This document shows, one piece after another, positions 17,723 to 26,419 of a DNA stretch of 39,786 nucleotides (its first letter is position 1; each line of letters starts with the position of its first letter). The stretch covers positions 1 to 39,786 of the forward strand of contig DASQWY010000639.1 of NCBI GenBank assembly GCA_035640005.1, given 5' to 3'. The position numbers were made by a program, and so were the translations under genes. Source of the stretch: Actinomycetes bacterium. Lineage in GTDB: Bacteria > Actinomycetota > CALGFH01. The notes below the pieces were generated by a model that did not search any database, was not told the origin of the DNA, and worked only from the letters and a program-made list of their open reading frames with translations.

Positions 17723-18256
17723 TCAGGCGAACGGCAGGAACTGGTGGCTGGGCCGGTTGGTCACCTCGGCGGGGATGACCTGGCTGGCGAGCTCGCCGGT
17801 GGCCAGCTGGACCAGGAAGCCGGTCACCGGCAGGTGGTGGTCCTCCTGCATGGTGGTGCGCGACTCCAGCAGGGTCACCCACCAGGCGTCCGGGTCGCCC
17901 TCGGTGACCCAGAACAGCTCGTCGCCGTTGTCGGTGCGCCCCAGCGGCAGCACCCCGCCGGGCTCGGGGAACGGCGGCAGCGGCAGCCGCCGCGGGAACC
18001 TGGCCCTGGTCTGGGCGTAGGCCTCCAGCACCCGGTCCTTCTCGAACAGCAGGTTGCCGTCCTGCCCGGCGGCGAACGGGTTGAACAGGTACAGGAACTC
18101 GTCGACCTGCCCCGAGCCGTACAGCTCGGTGAAGGCCTTGAAGTCCCCGGGCAGCCCGGTGCCGAGCCGCGCCTCGATGCCCGCCCAGCCGTCGGGCCGG
18201 CCCGGCTCCACCGGGTCGACGGGGGGTGGCAGCAGCAGGCGGAGTCGTTCCAGCAT
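17723..18256 (-). CDS. SMI1/KNR4 (SUKH-1) family protein, immunity-type
   Basis: 177 aa with AGGAGG upstream of ATG 18256. The pattern W.GIEARLGTGLPGDFKAFTELYGSG...PLGRTDNGDELFW is typical of SMI1/KNR4. No signal peptide or TM. Confidence 0.8.
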   Translation of the reverse strand: MLERLRLLLPPPVDPVEPGRPDGWAGIEARLGTGLPGDFKAFTELYGSGQVDEFLYLFNPFAAGQDGNLLFEKDRVLEAYAQTRARFPRRLPLPPFPEPGGVLPLGRTDNGDELFWVTEGDPDAWWVTLLESRTTMQEDHHLPVTGFLVQLATGELASQVIPAEVTNRPSHQFLPFA

Positions 18257-18274
18257 GCGGCCTCCTGGTGGCGG

Positions 18275-18949
18275 CTACGGGGCGGCCGCCGGGGCGACGG
18301 CCTGCTTCACGGCGGCCTGCGGGGTGTTGGCGATGGTGACGTCCAGGTGGAAGCCGTGGTTGCCGATGGCGGTGATGCGGACGGCGCTGGGCGGGCCGCG
18401 GGAGCCGCGGCTGGGGTACAGCGGCCGCACGCTGTAGCGGATCGTCTCGCCGGCCTGGACCGCCTCGGCCACGGCGGTCTCGTAGTCGCGCATCACCGGC
18501 GTGTTCGCCCGCGACTGGTACAGGGCGACCAGGTTGGCCGCCACCTCCCCGGAGCCGCCGAGCTGGCGGCCGAACAGGTGGCCGCGGGCGCGGTTGCGGG
18601 CCGGCAGCTGGTCCCAGCCGGGCGGGTGGACGTCCGGGTCGGCCGCCGAGCCGAGCTGGTGGCGGCCGGCGGCGGCGACCATCGCCGGGGTGATGGTGGC
18701 GCGGATGCCGCTGCGCTGCCCGGTGCCCGGGTCGACGTGGCCGTAGTCGACGTTGCCGCCGAGCCGGTCGATCGCCTTGGTGTTGTCGGCCTGGCCGCCG
18801 CCCGAGGAGGGCGGCCGGGTCGGCCCGGTCGGCGCGGGCAGCACCCCGCGCTGGATCAGCAGGTAGCCGACCACGGCCACCACGACGGTGACCAGCAGGT
18901 AGCCGAACGAGCTGGTCCGGCGGCGGGACCTGCGGCGACGGCGCGGCAC
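18275..18949 (-). CDS. Membrane-anchored DNA/RNA non-specific endonuclease (Endonuclease_NS_2 / His-Me finger type)
   Basis: 224 aa. GTG start with GGAG 7 nt upstream. Arg-rich N-terminus (MPRRRRRSRRR), one TM (FGYLLVTVVVAVVGYLLI), then a Pro/Gly linker. The nuclease domain reads DPDVHPPGW...ARGHLFGRQLGGSGEVAANLVALYQSRANTPVMRDYETAVAEAVQAGETIRYSVRPLY. Confidence 0.75.
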   Translation of the reverse strand: MPRRRRRSRRRTSSFGYLLVTVVVAVVGYLLIQRGVLPAPTGPTRPPSSGGGQADNTKAIDRLGGNVDYGHVDPGTGQRSGIRATITPAMVAAAGRHQLGSAADPDVHPPGWDQLPARNRARGHLFGRQLGGSGEVAANLVALYQSRANTPVMRDYETAVAEAVQAGETIRYSVRPLYPSRGSRGPPSAVRITAIGNHGFHLDVTIANTPQAAVKQAVAPAAAP

Positions 18950-19018
18950 GCGCGGGCTCCGGATGGTCGGGACATGACGTGGACGTGCACGGGTGGACTA
19001 CCCGCCCGGGAAGGAAAG

Positions 19019-20062
19019 CTACCGTGCCCGCCGGTCGCTGTCGCTCGAGTCGCGGACCACCAGCTGCGGCTCGAACACCAGCTGGCGGTGGCCGTGCCTG
19101 GGCCCCTCGGCGGCCTCCTCGATGAGCAGCTCCGCGGCCGAGCGGCCGAGCTGGGCGCGGGGCTGGCGGACCGACGACAGCGGCACCGCCGCGGCGGCGG
19201 CGAAGTCGATGTCGTCGTAGCCGACGATCGCCAGGTCGCCGGGGACGTGCAGGCGCCGGCGGGTCATCTCCTGCAGCAGCCCGAGGGCGAGCAGGTCGTT
19301 GGCGCAGAAGGCGGCGGTCGGCCGCGCCCGCGCCGGCAGCTCGGCGATGCGCGCCCCCGCCGCCAGGCCTGACGAGAAGTTCAGCGCGGGCGTCTCCACC
19401 GTGGTCAGCGCCGAGGCCGGCAGGCCGGCCGCGGCCAGCGCGCGCCCCGCCCCCTCGTGGCGGTCGCGGACCTGCTTGATGCTGAACGGGCCGCCCACGA
19501 AGGCGATCCGCCGGTGGCCGTGCTCCACCAGGTGGCCGGCGGCCAGCTCGCCGCCGTAGACGTCGTCGACCGACACCGAGCAGTGGTTGCGGGTGGAGGC
19601 CCAGCGGTCCAGCAGCACCACCGGCGTGCCGCGCCGCTGCAGCTGCCGCAGCCGCTCGCTCACGCCCCGCACCGGGGTGATCAGGATGCCGTGGACCCGG
19701 TGCTCCTCGAGCAGGTCGAGGTAGCGGCGCTCGCGCTCGGCCTTCTCGTCGCTGTTGCAGAGGATCACCGCCAGCCCGGCCGCGGCGGCGGCGTCCTCGA
19801 CCCCGCGGGCGACGTCGGTGAAGAACGGGTTGGAGACGTCCAGCACCACCAGGCCGAGGGTGCGGCTGCGGCCGGCGCGCAGCTGGCGGGCGGACTCGTT
19901 GCGGACGAACCCGAGCGCGGCGATCGCCTGCTCCACGCGGGCGCGGGTGGCGGGGGCGACCAGCTGCGGCCGGTTGAGGACGTTGGACACCGTCCCGACC
20001 GACACGCCGGCCCTCGCCGCCACGTCGCGGATGCTCTTGGTGCCCTCCGGCGCCCTCACCAC
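19019..20062 (-). CDS. LacI family transcriptional regulator (probable rhamnose regulon repressor, RhaR-type)
   Basis: GTG 20062 (or 20059) is preceded by GAGGAAGGGGG; the track start at 20119 is less likely. The HTH is SIRDVAARAGVSVGTVSNVLNRP, followed by a periplasmic-binding-protein-like sugar domain. It is divergent from the rhamnose operon. Confidence 0.85.
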   Translation of the reverse strand: MVRAPEGTKSIRDVAARAGVSVGTVSNVLNRPQLVAPATRARVEQAIAALGFVRNESARQLRAGRSRTLGLVVLDVSNPFFTDVARGVEDAAAAAGLAVILCNSDEKAERERRYLDLLEEHRVHGILITPVRGVSERLRQLQRRGTPVVLLDRWASTRNHCSVSVDDVYGGELAAGHLVEHGHRRIAFVGGPFSIKQVRDRHEGAGRALAAAGLPASALTTVETPALNFSSGLAAGARIAELPARARPTAAFCANDLLALGLLQEMTRRRLHVPGDLAIVGYDDIDFAAAAAVPLSSVRQPRAQLGRSAAELLIEEAAEGPRHGHRQLVFEPQLVVRDSSDSDRRAR

Positions 20063-20125
20063 CGACCCCCTTCCTCGCTCTGCTGATCTTGAACCGTATC
20101 GAGCAGATGTGGGAGCCACCGCCCC

Positions 20126-20154
20126 TTGACAACGCGTAGGGCTGAGGTTAGCGT
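20126..20154 (+). promoter_or_regulatory. Candidate sigma-70-type promoter of the rhamnose operon: TTGACA, 17 nt, TAGCGT
   Basis: A perfect -35 hexamer lies at 20126-20131. After a 17-nt spacer there is a TAnnnT-type -10 at 20149-20154. It sits about 55 nt upstream of the first operon start codon. Confidence 0.4.
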
Positions 20155-20168
20155 CCTCGGAACGGGAA

Positions 20169-20180
20169 TGAAACGATTCA
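20169..20180. promoter_or_regulatory. Candidate LacI-family operator TGAAA-CG-ATTCA
   Basis: A CG-centred inverted repeat of the TGnAAnCGnTTnCA class sits in an AT-rich patch. It starts 15 nt downstream of the predicted -10 and ends 8 nt before GTG 20188 (29 nt before the preferred GTG 20209). I saw only one copy in the intergenic region. Confidence 0.5.
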
Positions 20181-20208
20181 GTATCGGGTGAAGCACGGGA
20201 GGCTCGCG

Positions 20209-21726
20209 GTGGCGCAGGCCGGCCCGCCGCTGCTGGCGCTGGAGCACGCCGCCAAGTCGTTCGGCTCGGTGCGGGCCCTGGAGGACGGCTCGGTCGAGCT
20301 GCGCGCGGGTGAGGCGCACGGCCTGGTCGGCGAGAACGGCGCCGGCAAGTCGACGCTGGTGAAGGTCCTCGCCGGGGTGTACGCGCCCGACGCCGGCCGG
20401 CTGCTGCTCGACGGGCGGGAGGTCCGCCTCGGCGGCCCGGCGGACGCGCGCGCCGCCGGCATCGCGGTGATCTACCAGGAGCCGACCCTGTTCCCCGACC
20501 TGTCGGTGGCGGAGAACATCTTCATGGGGCGCCAGCCGCTGGCGGCCGGCAGGCGCATCGACGGCCGCGAGCTGCGCCGCCGGGTCGAGGCGCTGATGGG
20601 GCGGCTCGGCGTCCCGCTGGACCCCTCCCGGCCCGCCCGCGGCCTGTCAATCGCCGACCAGCAGATCGTCGAGATCGCCAAGGCGCTGTCGTTCGAGGCG
20701 CGCGTGATCGTGATGGACGAGCCGACCGCGGCGCTGTCGGGCGCGGAGGTCGCGCGGCTGTTCGCGGTGGCGCGGGCGCTGCGCGCGCACGGCGCGGCGG
20801 TCCTGTTCATCTCCCACCGGCTCGACGAGGTCTTCGCCCTCTGCCAGCGGGTGACCGTGATGCGCGACGGCCGCCAGGTGTTCACCGGCCCGCTCGACGG
20901 GCTCACCAGGGACGACCTGGTGCGCCGGATGGTCGGCCGCGAGCTGGCGGCGATGTACCCCAAGCAGGCCGCCGGCCGCGGCGAGGTGGCGCTGTCGGTG
21001 CGCCGGCTCACCCGCGAGGGGGTGTTCGCCGACGTCAGCTTCGACGTGCGCCACGGCGAGATCGTGGGCCTGGCCGGCCTGGTCGGCGCCGGGCGCAGCG
21101 AGGTCGCCAGGGCCGTGTTCGGCATCGACCGGCGCGACGCGGGCGAGGTGATGGTGGAGGGCCGGCGGCTGCCCGCCGGGTCGCCGACGGCCGCGATGGC
21201 CGCCGGGGTCGGCTACGTCCCCGAGGACCGCCGCGAGCAGGGCCTGGTGATGGACCTGTCGATCGCCCGCAACGCCAGCCTGGCGTCGCTGGGGCGGCTG
21301 CGCCGCGGCCTGCTGATCCGCGCCGCCGACGAGCGCCGGCTCGCCGCCGACTGGGCCGCGCGGCTGCGGCTGCGCTACGCCCGCTTCAGCGACCCGGTCG
21401 CCGCCCTGTCCGGCGGCAACCAGCAGAAGGTGGTGCTCGCCAAGTGGCTGGCCCGCCACCCCAGCGTGCTGATCGTCGACGAGCCGACCCGCGGCATCGA
21501 CGTCGCCACCAAGGCCGAGGTCCACCGGCTGCTGTCCGACCTGGCCGGCGACGGCGTGGCGGTGCTGATGATCTCCTCGGAGCTGCCCGAGATCCTCGGC
21601 ATGGCCGACCGGGTGCTGGTGATGCACGAGGGCCGCCTCACCGCGGAGCTGTCGCGGGAGGAGGCCACCGAGGAGCGGGTCATGTTCGCCGCCACCGGCG
21701 ACGCGGCGACCGGGGCGCGCGGATGA
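20209..21726 (+). CDS. Sugar (rhamnose) ABC transporter ATP-binding protein, duplicated ABC domains (RbsA-like)
   Basis: GTG 20209 has GGGAGG (20197-20202) 6 nt upstream; the track start 20188 is the alternative. Walker [10 protein letters not shown] is present. Signature-containing blocks occur in both halves (LSGGNQQK). Confidence 0.85.
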   Translation: MAQAGPPLLALEHAAKSFGSVRALEDGSVELRAGEAHGLVGENGAGKSTLVKVLAGVYAPDAGRLLLDGREVRLGGPADARAAGIAVIYQEPTLFPDLSVAENIFMGRQPLAAGRRIDGRELRRRVEALMGRLGVPLDPSRPARGLSIADQQIVEIAKALSFEARVIVMDEPTAALSGAEVARLFAVARALRAHGAAVLFISHRLDEVFALCQRVTVMRDGRQVFTGPLDGLTRDDLVRRMVGRELAAMYPKQAAGRGEVALSVRRLTREGVFADVSFDVRHGEIVGLAGLVGAGRSEVARAVFGIDRRDAGEVMVEGRRLPAGSPTAAMAAGVGYVPEDRREQGLVMDLSIARNASLASLGRLRRGLLIRAADERRLAADWAARLRLRYARFSDPVAALSGGNQQKVVLAKWLARHPSVLIVDEPTRGIDVATKAEVHRLLSDLAGDGVAVLMISSELPEILGMADRVLVMHEGRLTAELSREEATEERVMFAATGDAATGARG

Positions 21727-22775
21727 GCGTCGGCGTGCGGCGCGCGGAGCAGGCCGCCGCCGAGGAGCGCTCCCGCCGCGCCGGGCGCCTGGTCGACGCC
21801 GCGCTGCGCCTGCGCGAGCTGGGCATCCTGCTGGTCCTCGCCCTGGTCGTGGCCGTGACCGCCGCCTACAACCCGCGCTTCCTCGACGCCCAGAGCATCC
21901 GCGACCTGCTGCTCAACGCCTCGATCGTGGCGCTGCTCACGGTCGGGCAGACGCTGGTGGTCATCACCCGCAACGTCGACCTGTCGGTCGGCTCGGTGCT
22001 GGGGCTGGCCGCGTTCATGACCGGCGACCTGCTGAGCGGCCGTCCCGGCCTGCCGGTGGCCGCGGCGCTGCTCGCCGGCGTGCTGCTCGGCGCGGTCTGC
22101 GGCGCCGCCAACGGCGCGGTGACCGCGGCGGCGCGCGTGCCGAGCCTGGTGGTCACCCTCGGCACCCTGTACGTGTTCCGCGGCGTCGACTACGCCTGGG
22201 CGGGCGGCCGCCAGATCAACGCCGCCAACCTGCCGGACAGCCTACTCAACCTCGGCAGCGGCCAGCTGCTCGGGGTCCCCTACCTGGCCGCCGTCACCGC
22301 CGTGCTGGTGGCAACCGCGGCGTTCTCGCTGCGCTCCTACCGGTCGGGCCGGGAGCTGTACGCGATCGGCTCCAACCCCGACGCGGCGCTGCTGGCCGGC
22401 ATCCCGGTCGGCCGGCGGGTGTTCGCCGCCTTCGTCGCCAGCGGCGCCGTCGCCGGGCTGGCCGGGGCGCTGTGGACGGCCCGCAACGGCACCGTCGACG
22501 CCACCGCCGGCACCGGCCTGGAGCTGCAGGTGATCTCCGCGGTGGTGGTCGGCGGCGTGGCCATCTTCGGCGGCAGCGGCTCGGTGGTCGGGGCGGCGCT
22601 GGGCGCGCTGCTGCTGTCCACCATCGGCAGCGCGCTGGTGGTGCTCAAGGTCCCCTCGTTCTGGCTGCAGGCGGTGGCCGGCGCGCTGCTGATCGGCGCC
22701 ATCGCCCTGGACCGTCTGGTGGGCCTGCGCATCGCCGCCGCGCTCAGGCAGAGGAGCGTGCGCCGTGGCGGCTGA
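21723..22775 (+). CDS. Sugar ABC transporter permease (RbsC-like), first of two
   Basis: ATG 21723 overlaps the upstream stop (ATGA). 350 aa with about 9-10 TM segments. [15 protein letters not shown] is typical of the family. Confidence 0.85.
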   Translation: MSVGVRRAEQAAAEERSRRAGRLVDAALRLRELGILLVLALVVAVTAAYNPRFLDAQSIRDLLLNASIVALLTVGQTLVVITRNVDLSVGSVLGLAAFMTGDLLSGRPGLPVAAALLAGVLLGAVCGAANGAVTAAARVPSLVVTLGTLYVFRGVDYAWAGGRQINAANLPDSLLNLGSGQLLGVPYLAAVTAVLVATAAFSLRSYRSGRELYAIGSNPDAALLAGIPVGRRVFAAFVASGAVAGLAGALWTARNGTVDATAGTGLELQVISAVVVGGVAIFGGSGSVVGAALGALLLSTIGSALVVLKVPSFWLQAVAGALLIGAIALDRLVGLRIAAALRQRSVRRGG

Positions 22776-23778
22776 GGCCGGCCAGGGAGGCCGCGCCGGG
22801 CTGCGGCGCCTGCTGCGCTGGGACACCACCCTGGTGCTGCTGCTGGTGGTGGTGGCGGTCGCCGGCCAGCGCGCCTCCCCGGACTTCCTCACCGGCACCA
22901 ACCTGTTCTACCTCGGCCTCGACATCGGCGAGATCGCCCTGCTGGCGCTGCCGCTGACCCTGGTGATCGTCGCCGGCGAGATCGACCTGTCGGTCGCCTC
23001 GGTGCTGGGCCTGTCCAGCGCCCTGATCGGCTACCTGTGGGACGCGGGCTGGGCGCTGGAGACGATCTTCCCGGCGGTGGTGGTCGCCGGCGCGCTCGCC
23101 GGCGCGCTCAACGGCTTCCTGGTCACCCGGCTGGGCCTGCCATCGCTGGCGGTCACCATCGGCACGCTGGCGCTGTACCGCGGGCTGGCGTTCGTGGTCC
23201 TCGGCGACCGGGCGGTGGCCGACCTCCCGGCCATGTACACCAGGTACGGCACCACGCCGCTGCCCGGCACCCACGTCCCCTACCCGACCGCGCTGTTCGC
23301 CGTGCTGGCGGTGCTGTTCGCGGTGCTGCTGCACGCCACCCCGTTCGGCCGTTCGGTGTTCGCCATCGGCGCCAACCGGGAGGCCGCGTTCTTCTCCGGG
23401 ATTCGCGTCAAGCGCACCAAGCTCGTGCTGTTCGTGCTCAGCGGCGCGGTGGCCGGCCTGGCCGGGATCGTCTACACGCTGCGGTTCGCCAGCGCCCGCG
23501 CGGACAACGGCACCGGCCTGGAGCTGGCGGTGGTCGCCGCGGTGCTGCTCGGCGGGGTGTCGATCTTCGGCGGCAGGGGCACCCTCGGCGGCGTCGTCGC
23601 CGCGGTCTTCCTGCTCGGCGGCGTCCGCAACGCGCTGATCCTCAACGACGTCTCCAACGACACCCTGAACGTGGTGACCGGGCTGCTGCTGATCGGCAGC
23701 GTGGTCGCGCCCAGCGCCGTCAGGGCGCTCGCGCGGGCGCGCCCGCGCCGCGCCGCCGCGCCCACCTCGGTTCCCTGA
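22765..23778 (+). CDS. Sugar ABC transporter permease (RbsC-like), second of two
   Basis: 337 aa. The GTG start overlaps the upstream gene by 11 nt. The LVIVAGEIDLSVAS block is present. Confidence 0.85.
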   Translation: MAAEAGQGGRAGLRRLLRWDTTLVLLLVVVAVAGQRASPDFLTGTNLFYLGLDIGEIALLALPLTLVIVAGEIDLSVASVLGLSSALIGYLWDAGWALETIFPAVVVAGALAGALNGFLVTRLGLPSLAVTIGTLALYRGLAFVVLGDRAVADLPAMYTRYGTTPLPGTHVPYPTALFAVLAVLFAVLLHATPFGRSVFAIGANREAAFFSGIRVKRTKLVLFVLSGAVAGLAGIVYTLRFASARADNGTGLELAVVAAVLLGGVSIFGGRGTLGGVVAAVFLLGGVRNALILNDVSNDTLNVVTGLLLIGSVVAPSAVRALARARPRRAAAPTSVP

Positions 23779-23832
23779 CCCTCTGTCCGGTCGCGCCGCG
23801 CCGCGCGGCGCCGAGAGAAAGGACATCGCACC

Positions 23833-24921
23833 ATGCACCGAGCAGCTCTGCCGAGGCGCCCCCGCTGGGTGGGGCTCCTCGCCCTGGCCGCGGCCTGCGC
23901 GGTCGTGCTGGCGGCCTGCGGCGGGACGACCAAGAACAGCTCCTCCGGCGCGGCCGCCACCACCGCCGCCGGCGGCCAGGCCAACCCCAACGCCCCGCTC
24001 AAGCAGGGCCTCAAGATCGCCTTCCTGCCCAAGCAGGTGAACAACCCCTACTTCACCGTCTCCGACAATGGCGGCAAGAAGGCGATCGGCGAGTTCAGCG
24101 GCCAGTACAAGGAGGTCGGCCCCTCCGAGGCCACCGCCTCCTCGCAGGTCTCCTACATCAACACCCTCGCGCAGCAGCGTCAGGACGCGATCGTGGTGTC
24201 CGCCAACGACGCCAACGCCATCGCGCCGGCGCTCAAGGCGGCCAAGGCGCAGGGTGTCAAGGTGGTGACCTACGACTCCGACGCCGCGCCGGACGCGCGC
24301 ACGGTGTTCGTCAACCAGGCCACCTCCGAGGACGTCGGCCGCAGCGAGGTCCAGGTGCTCGGCAAGCAGCTCAACTACAGCGGCGACATCGCCATCCTGT
24401 CGGCGACGGCGAACGCCACCAACCAGAACACCTGGATCCGGTTCATGAAGAACGAGCTGGCCAAACCGCAGTACAAGAACATGAAGCTGGTCAAGGTCGC
24501 CTACGGTAACGACGACGACCAGACCTCGTTCCAGCAGACGCAGGGGCTGCTGCAGGCCTACCCGAACCTGAAGGGGATCATCTCGCCGACCACGGTCGGG
24601 ATCGCCGCCGCCGCCCGCTACCTCAGCAAGTCGTCCTACAAGGGGAAGGTCGCGCTGACCGGCCTGGGCACGCCCAACCAGATGCGCAAGTTCGTCAAGG
24701 ACGGCACCGTGCAGTCGTTCGAGCTGTGGGATCCCGCCAAGCTCGGCTACCTGGCCGCGTACGCGGCGGCGGCGCTGTGCTCCGGTCAGATCACCGGCAA
24801 GCAGGGCGAGACCTTCAAGGCCGGCGAGCTCGGCACCAAGAAGATCGGAGCGAACGGGGAGGTCCTGCTGGGCCCGCCGCAGGTGTTCGACAAGTCCAAC
24901 ATCGACCAGTTCAACTTCTGA
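23833..24921 (+). CDS. rhaS: Rhamnose ABC transporter substrate-binding lipoprotein
   Basis: 362 aa. Lipobox LAACGG follows the signal peptide. KIAFLPKQVNNPYF and the periplasmic-binding fold fit a sugar-binding protein. Its position is immediately upstream of rhaM-rhaI. Confidence 0.8.
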   Translation: MHRAALPRRPRWVGLLALAAACAVVLAACGGTTKNSSSGAAATTAAGGQANPNAPLKQGLKIAFLPKQVNNPYFTVSDNGGKKAIGEFSGQYKEVGPSEATASSQVSYINTLAQQRQDAIVVSANDANAIAPALKAAKAQGVKVVTYDSDAAPDARTVFVNQATSEDVGRSEVQVLGKQLNYSGDIAILSATANATNQNTWIRFMKNELAKPQYKNMKLVKVAYGNDDDQTSFQQTQGLLQAYPNLKGIISPTTVGIAAAARYLSKSSYKGKVALTGLGTPNQMRKFVKDGTVQSFELWDPAKLGYLAAYAAAALCSGQITGKQGETFKAGELGTKKIGANGEVLLGPPQVFDKSNIDQFNF

Positions 24922-24923
24922 GC

Positions 24924-25247
24924 ATGACGCAACGCGTGTGCTTCCTGCTGCAGGTCCGCCCGGACCGGGTCGCCGAGTACCGCGAGCGGCACCGCGCGGT
25001 GTGGCCGGAGATGCGGGAGGCGCTCCGGGCGGCCGGCTGGCGCAACTACTCGCTGTTCCTGCGCGAGGACGGGCTGCTGGTCGGCTACCTCGAGTGCGAG
25101 GACTTCGCCGCGGCCCGCGCGGCGATGGAGGCCACGGCGGTGAACGGGCGCTGGCAGGCGGAGATGCAGGAGCTGTTCACTGAGCTGGCCGGCCAGCGCC
25201 CGGACGAGCGCATGCGGCCGCTGGAGGAGGTCTTCCACCTGCCATGA
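24924..25247 (+). CDS. rhaM: L-rhamnose mutarotase
   Basis: 107 aa: MTQRVCFLLQVRPDRVAEYRERHRAVWPEMREALRAAGWRNYSLFLREDGLLVGYLE. Confidence 0.85.
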   Translation: MTQRVCFLLQVRPDRVAEYRERHRAVWPEMREALRAAGWRNYSLFLREDGLLVGYLECEDFAAARAAMEATAVNGRWQAEMQELFTELAGQRPDERMRPLEEVFHLP

Positions 25248-26413
25248 GCACCGACCGTTCCACCGTCAAGGCCGCCCTCGGGCAGCAGCGCATCGAGCTG
25301 CCATCGTGGGCGTTCGGCAACACCGGCACGCGCTTCAAGGTGTTCGCCCAGCCGGGCGTGCCGCGCAACGCCTACGAAAAGGTCGACGACGCCGCCCAGG
25401 TCCACGCGGTCACTGGGGTGGCGCCCAGCGTGGCGCTGCACATCCCCTGGGACCGGGTCGACGACTACGGCCACCTGGCCAAGCACGCCGCCGACCGGGG
25501 GGTGCGGCTGGGCACCATCAACGCCAACGTCTTCCAGGACGACGACTACAAGCTCGGCAGCGTCTGCCACCCGGACCCGCGGGTGCGCCGCAAGGCGCTG
25601 GACCACCTGCTGGCGTGCGTGGAGGTGATGGACGCCGCCGGCTCGCGGGACCTGAAGCTGTGGTTCGCCGACGGCACCAACTACCCCGGGCAGGACTCGA
25701 TCCGGGCGCGGCAGGAGCGGCTGGCCGAGGTGCTGACCGAGGTGTACGAGCGGCTCGGGTCACAGCAGCGGCTGCTGCTGGAGTACAAGCTGTTCGAGCC
25801 GGCCTTCTACCACACCGACGTGCCCGACTGGGGCACCGCGCTGGTCCACTGCCTGGCGCTGGGGGAGCGCGCCCTGGTGGTGGTCGACACCGGCCACCAC
25901 GCGCCGGGCACCAACATCGAGATGATCGTGGCGCTGCTGCTGCGGGCCGGCAGGCTCGGCGGCTTCGACTTCAACTCCCGCTTCTACGCCGACGACGACC
26001 TGATGGTCGGCGCCGCCGACCCGTTCCAGCTGTTCCGGATCATGCACGAGGTGGTGGCCGGCGGCGGCTACGCCCCCGAGGCGGGGATCGCCTTCATGCT
26101 CGACCAGTGCCACAACATCGAGCCGAAGGTCCCCGGCCAGATCCGCTCGGTGATGAACGCCCAGGAGGCGACGGCCAAGGCGCTGCTGGTCGACGCCGGC
26201 GCCCTGCGGGCGGCGCAGCAGGCCGGCGACGTGCTTGGCGCCAACGCGGTGCTGATGGACGCCTACGACACCGACGTGCGCCCGCTGCTGGCCGAGCTGC
26301 GCGCCGACATGGGCCTGGACCCCGACCCGCTGGGTGCCTACGCCCGCTCCGGCCACGCAGAGCGGATCGTGGCCGAGCGGGTCGGCGGCACCCAGGCCGG
26401 CTGGGGAGCCTGA
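25244..26413 (+). CDS. rhaI: L-rhamnose isomerase (xylose-isomerase-like TIM-barrel, Pseudomonas stutzeri/actinobacterial type)
   Basis: 389 aa. ATGA overlap with rhaM. The N-terminal region reads IELPSWAFGNTGTRFKVF...HIPWD. Confidence 0.85.
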   Translation: MSTDRSTVKAALGQQRIELPSWAFGNTGTRFKVFAQPGVPRNAYEKVDDAAQVHAVTGVAPSVALHIPWDRVDDYGHLAKHAADRGVRLGTINANVFQDDDYKLGSVCHPDPRVRRKALDHLLACVEVMDAAGSRDLKLWFADGTNYPGQDSIRARQERLAEVLTEVYERLGSQQRLLLEYKLFEPAFYHTDVPDWGTALVHCLALGERALVVVDTGHHAPGTNIEMIVALLLRAGRLGGFDFNSRFYADDDLMVGAADPFQLFRIMHEVVAGGGYAPEAGIAFMLDQCHNIEPKVPGQIRSVMNAQEATAKALLVDAGALRAAQQAGDVLGANAVLMDAYDTDVRPLLAELRADMGLDPDPLGAYARSGHAERIVAERVGGTQAGWGA

Positions 26414-26419
26414 CCGCCG

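Noticed and set aside
18914-18949. Reading the nuclease N-terminus (RSRRRTSSFGYLL) as a twin-arginine (Tat) signal peptide
   Set aside because: The Arg run is far longer than the S/T-R-R-x-F-L-K consensus. No Ala-x-Ala cleavage site follows the hydrophobic segment. A signal-anchor is the more conservative reading, but this needs software prediction.
16883-20132. 829-aa plus-strand and 806-aa minus-strand ORFs over the kinase, SUKH, nuclease and LacI genes
   Set aside because: They have shadow-frame composition. The four shorter ORFs each have start signals and family motifs.
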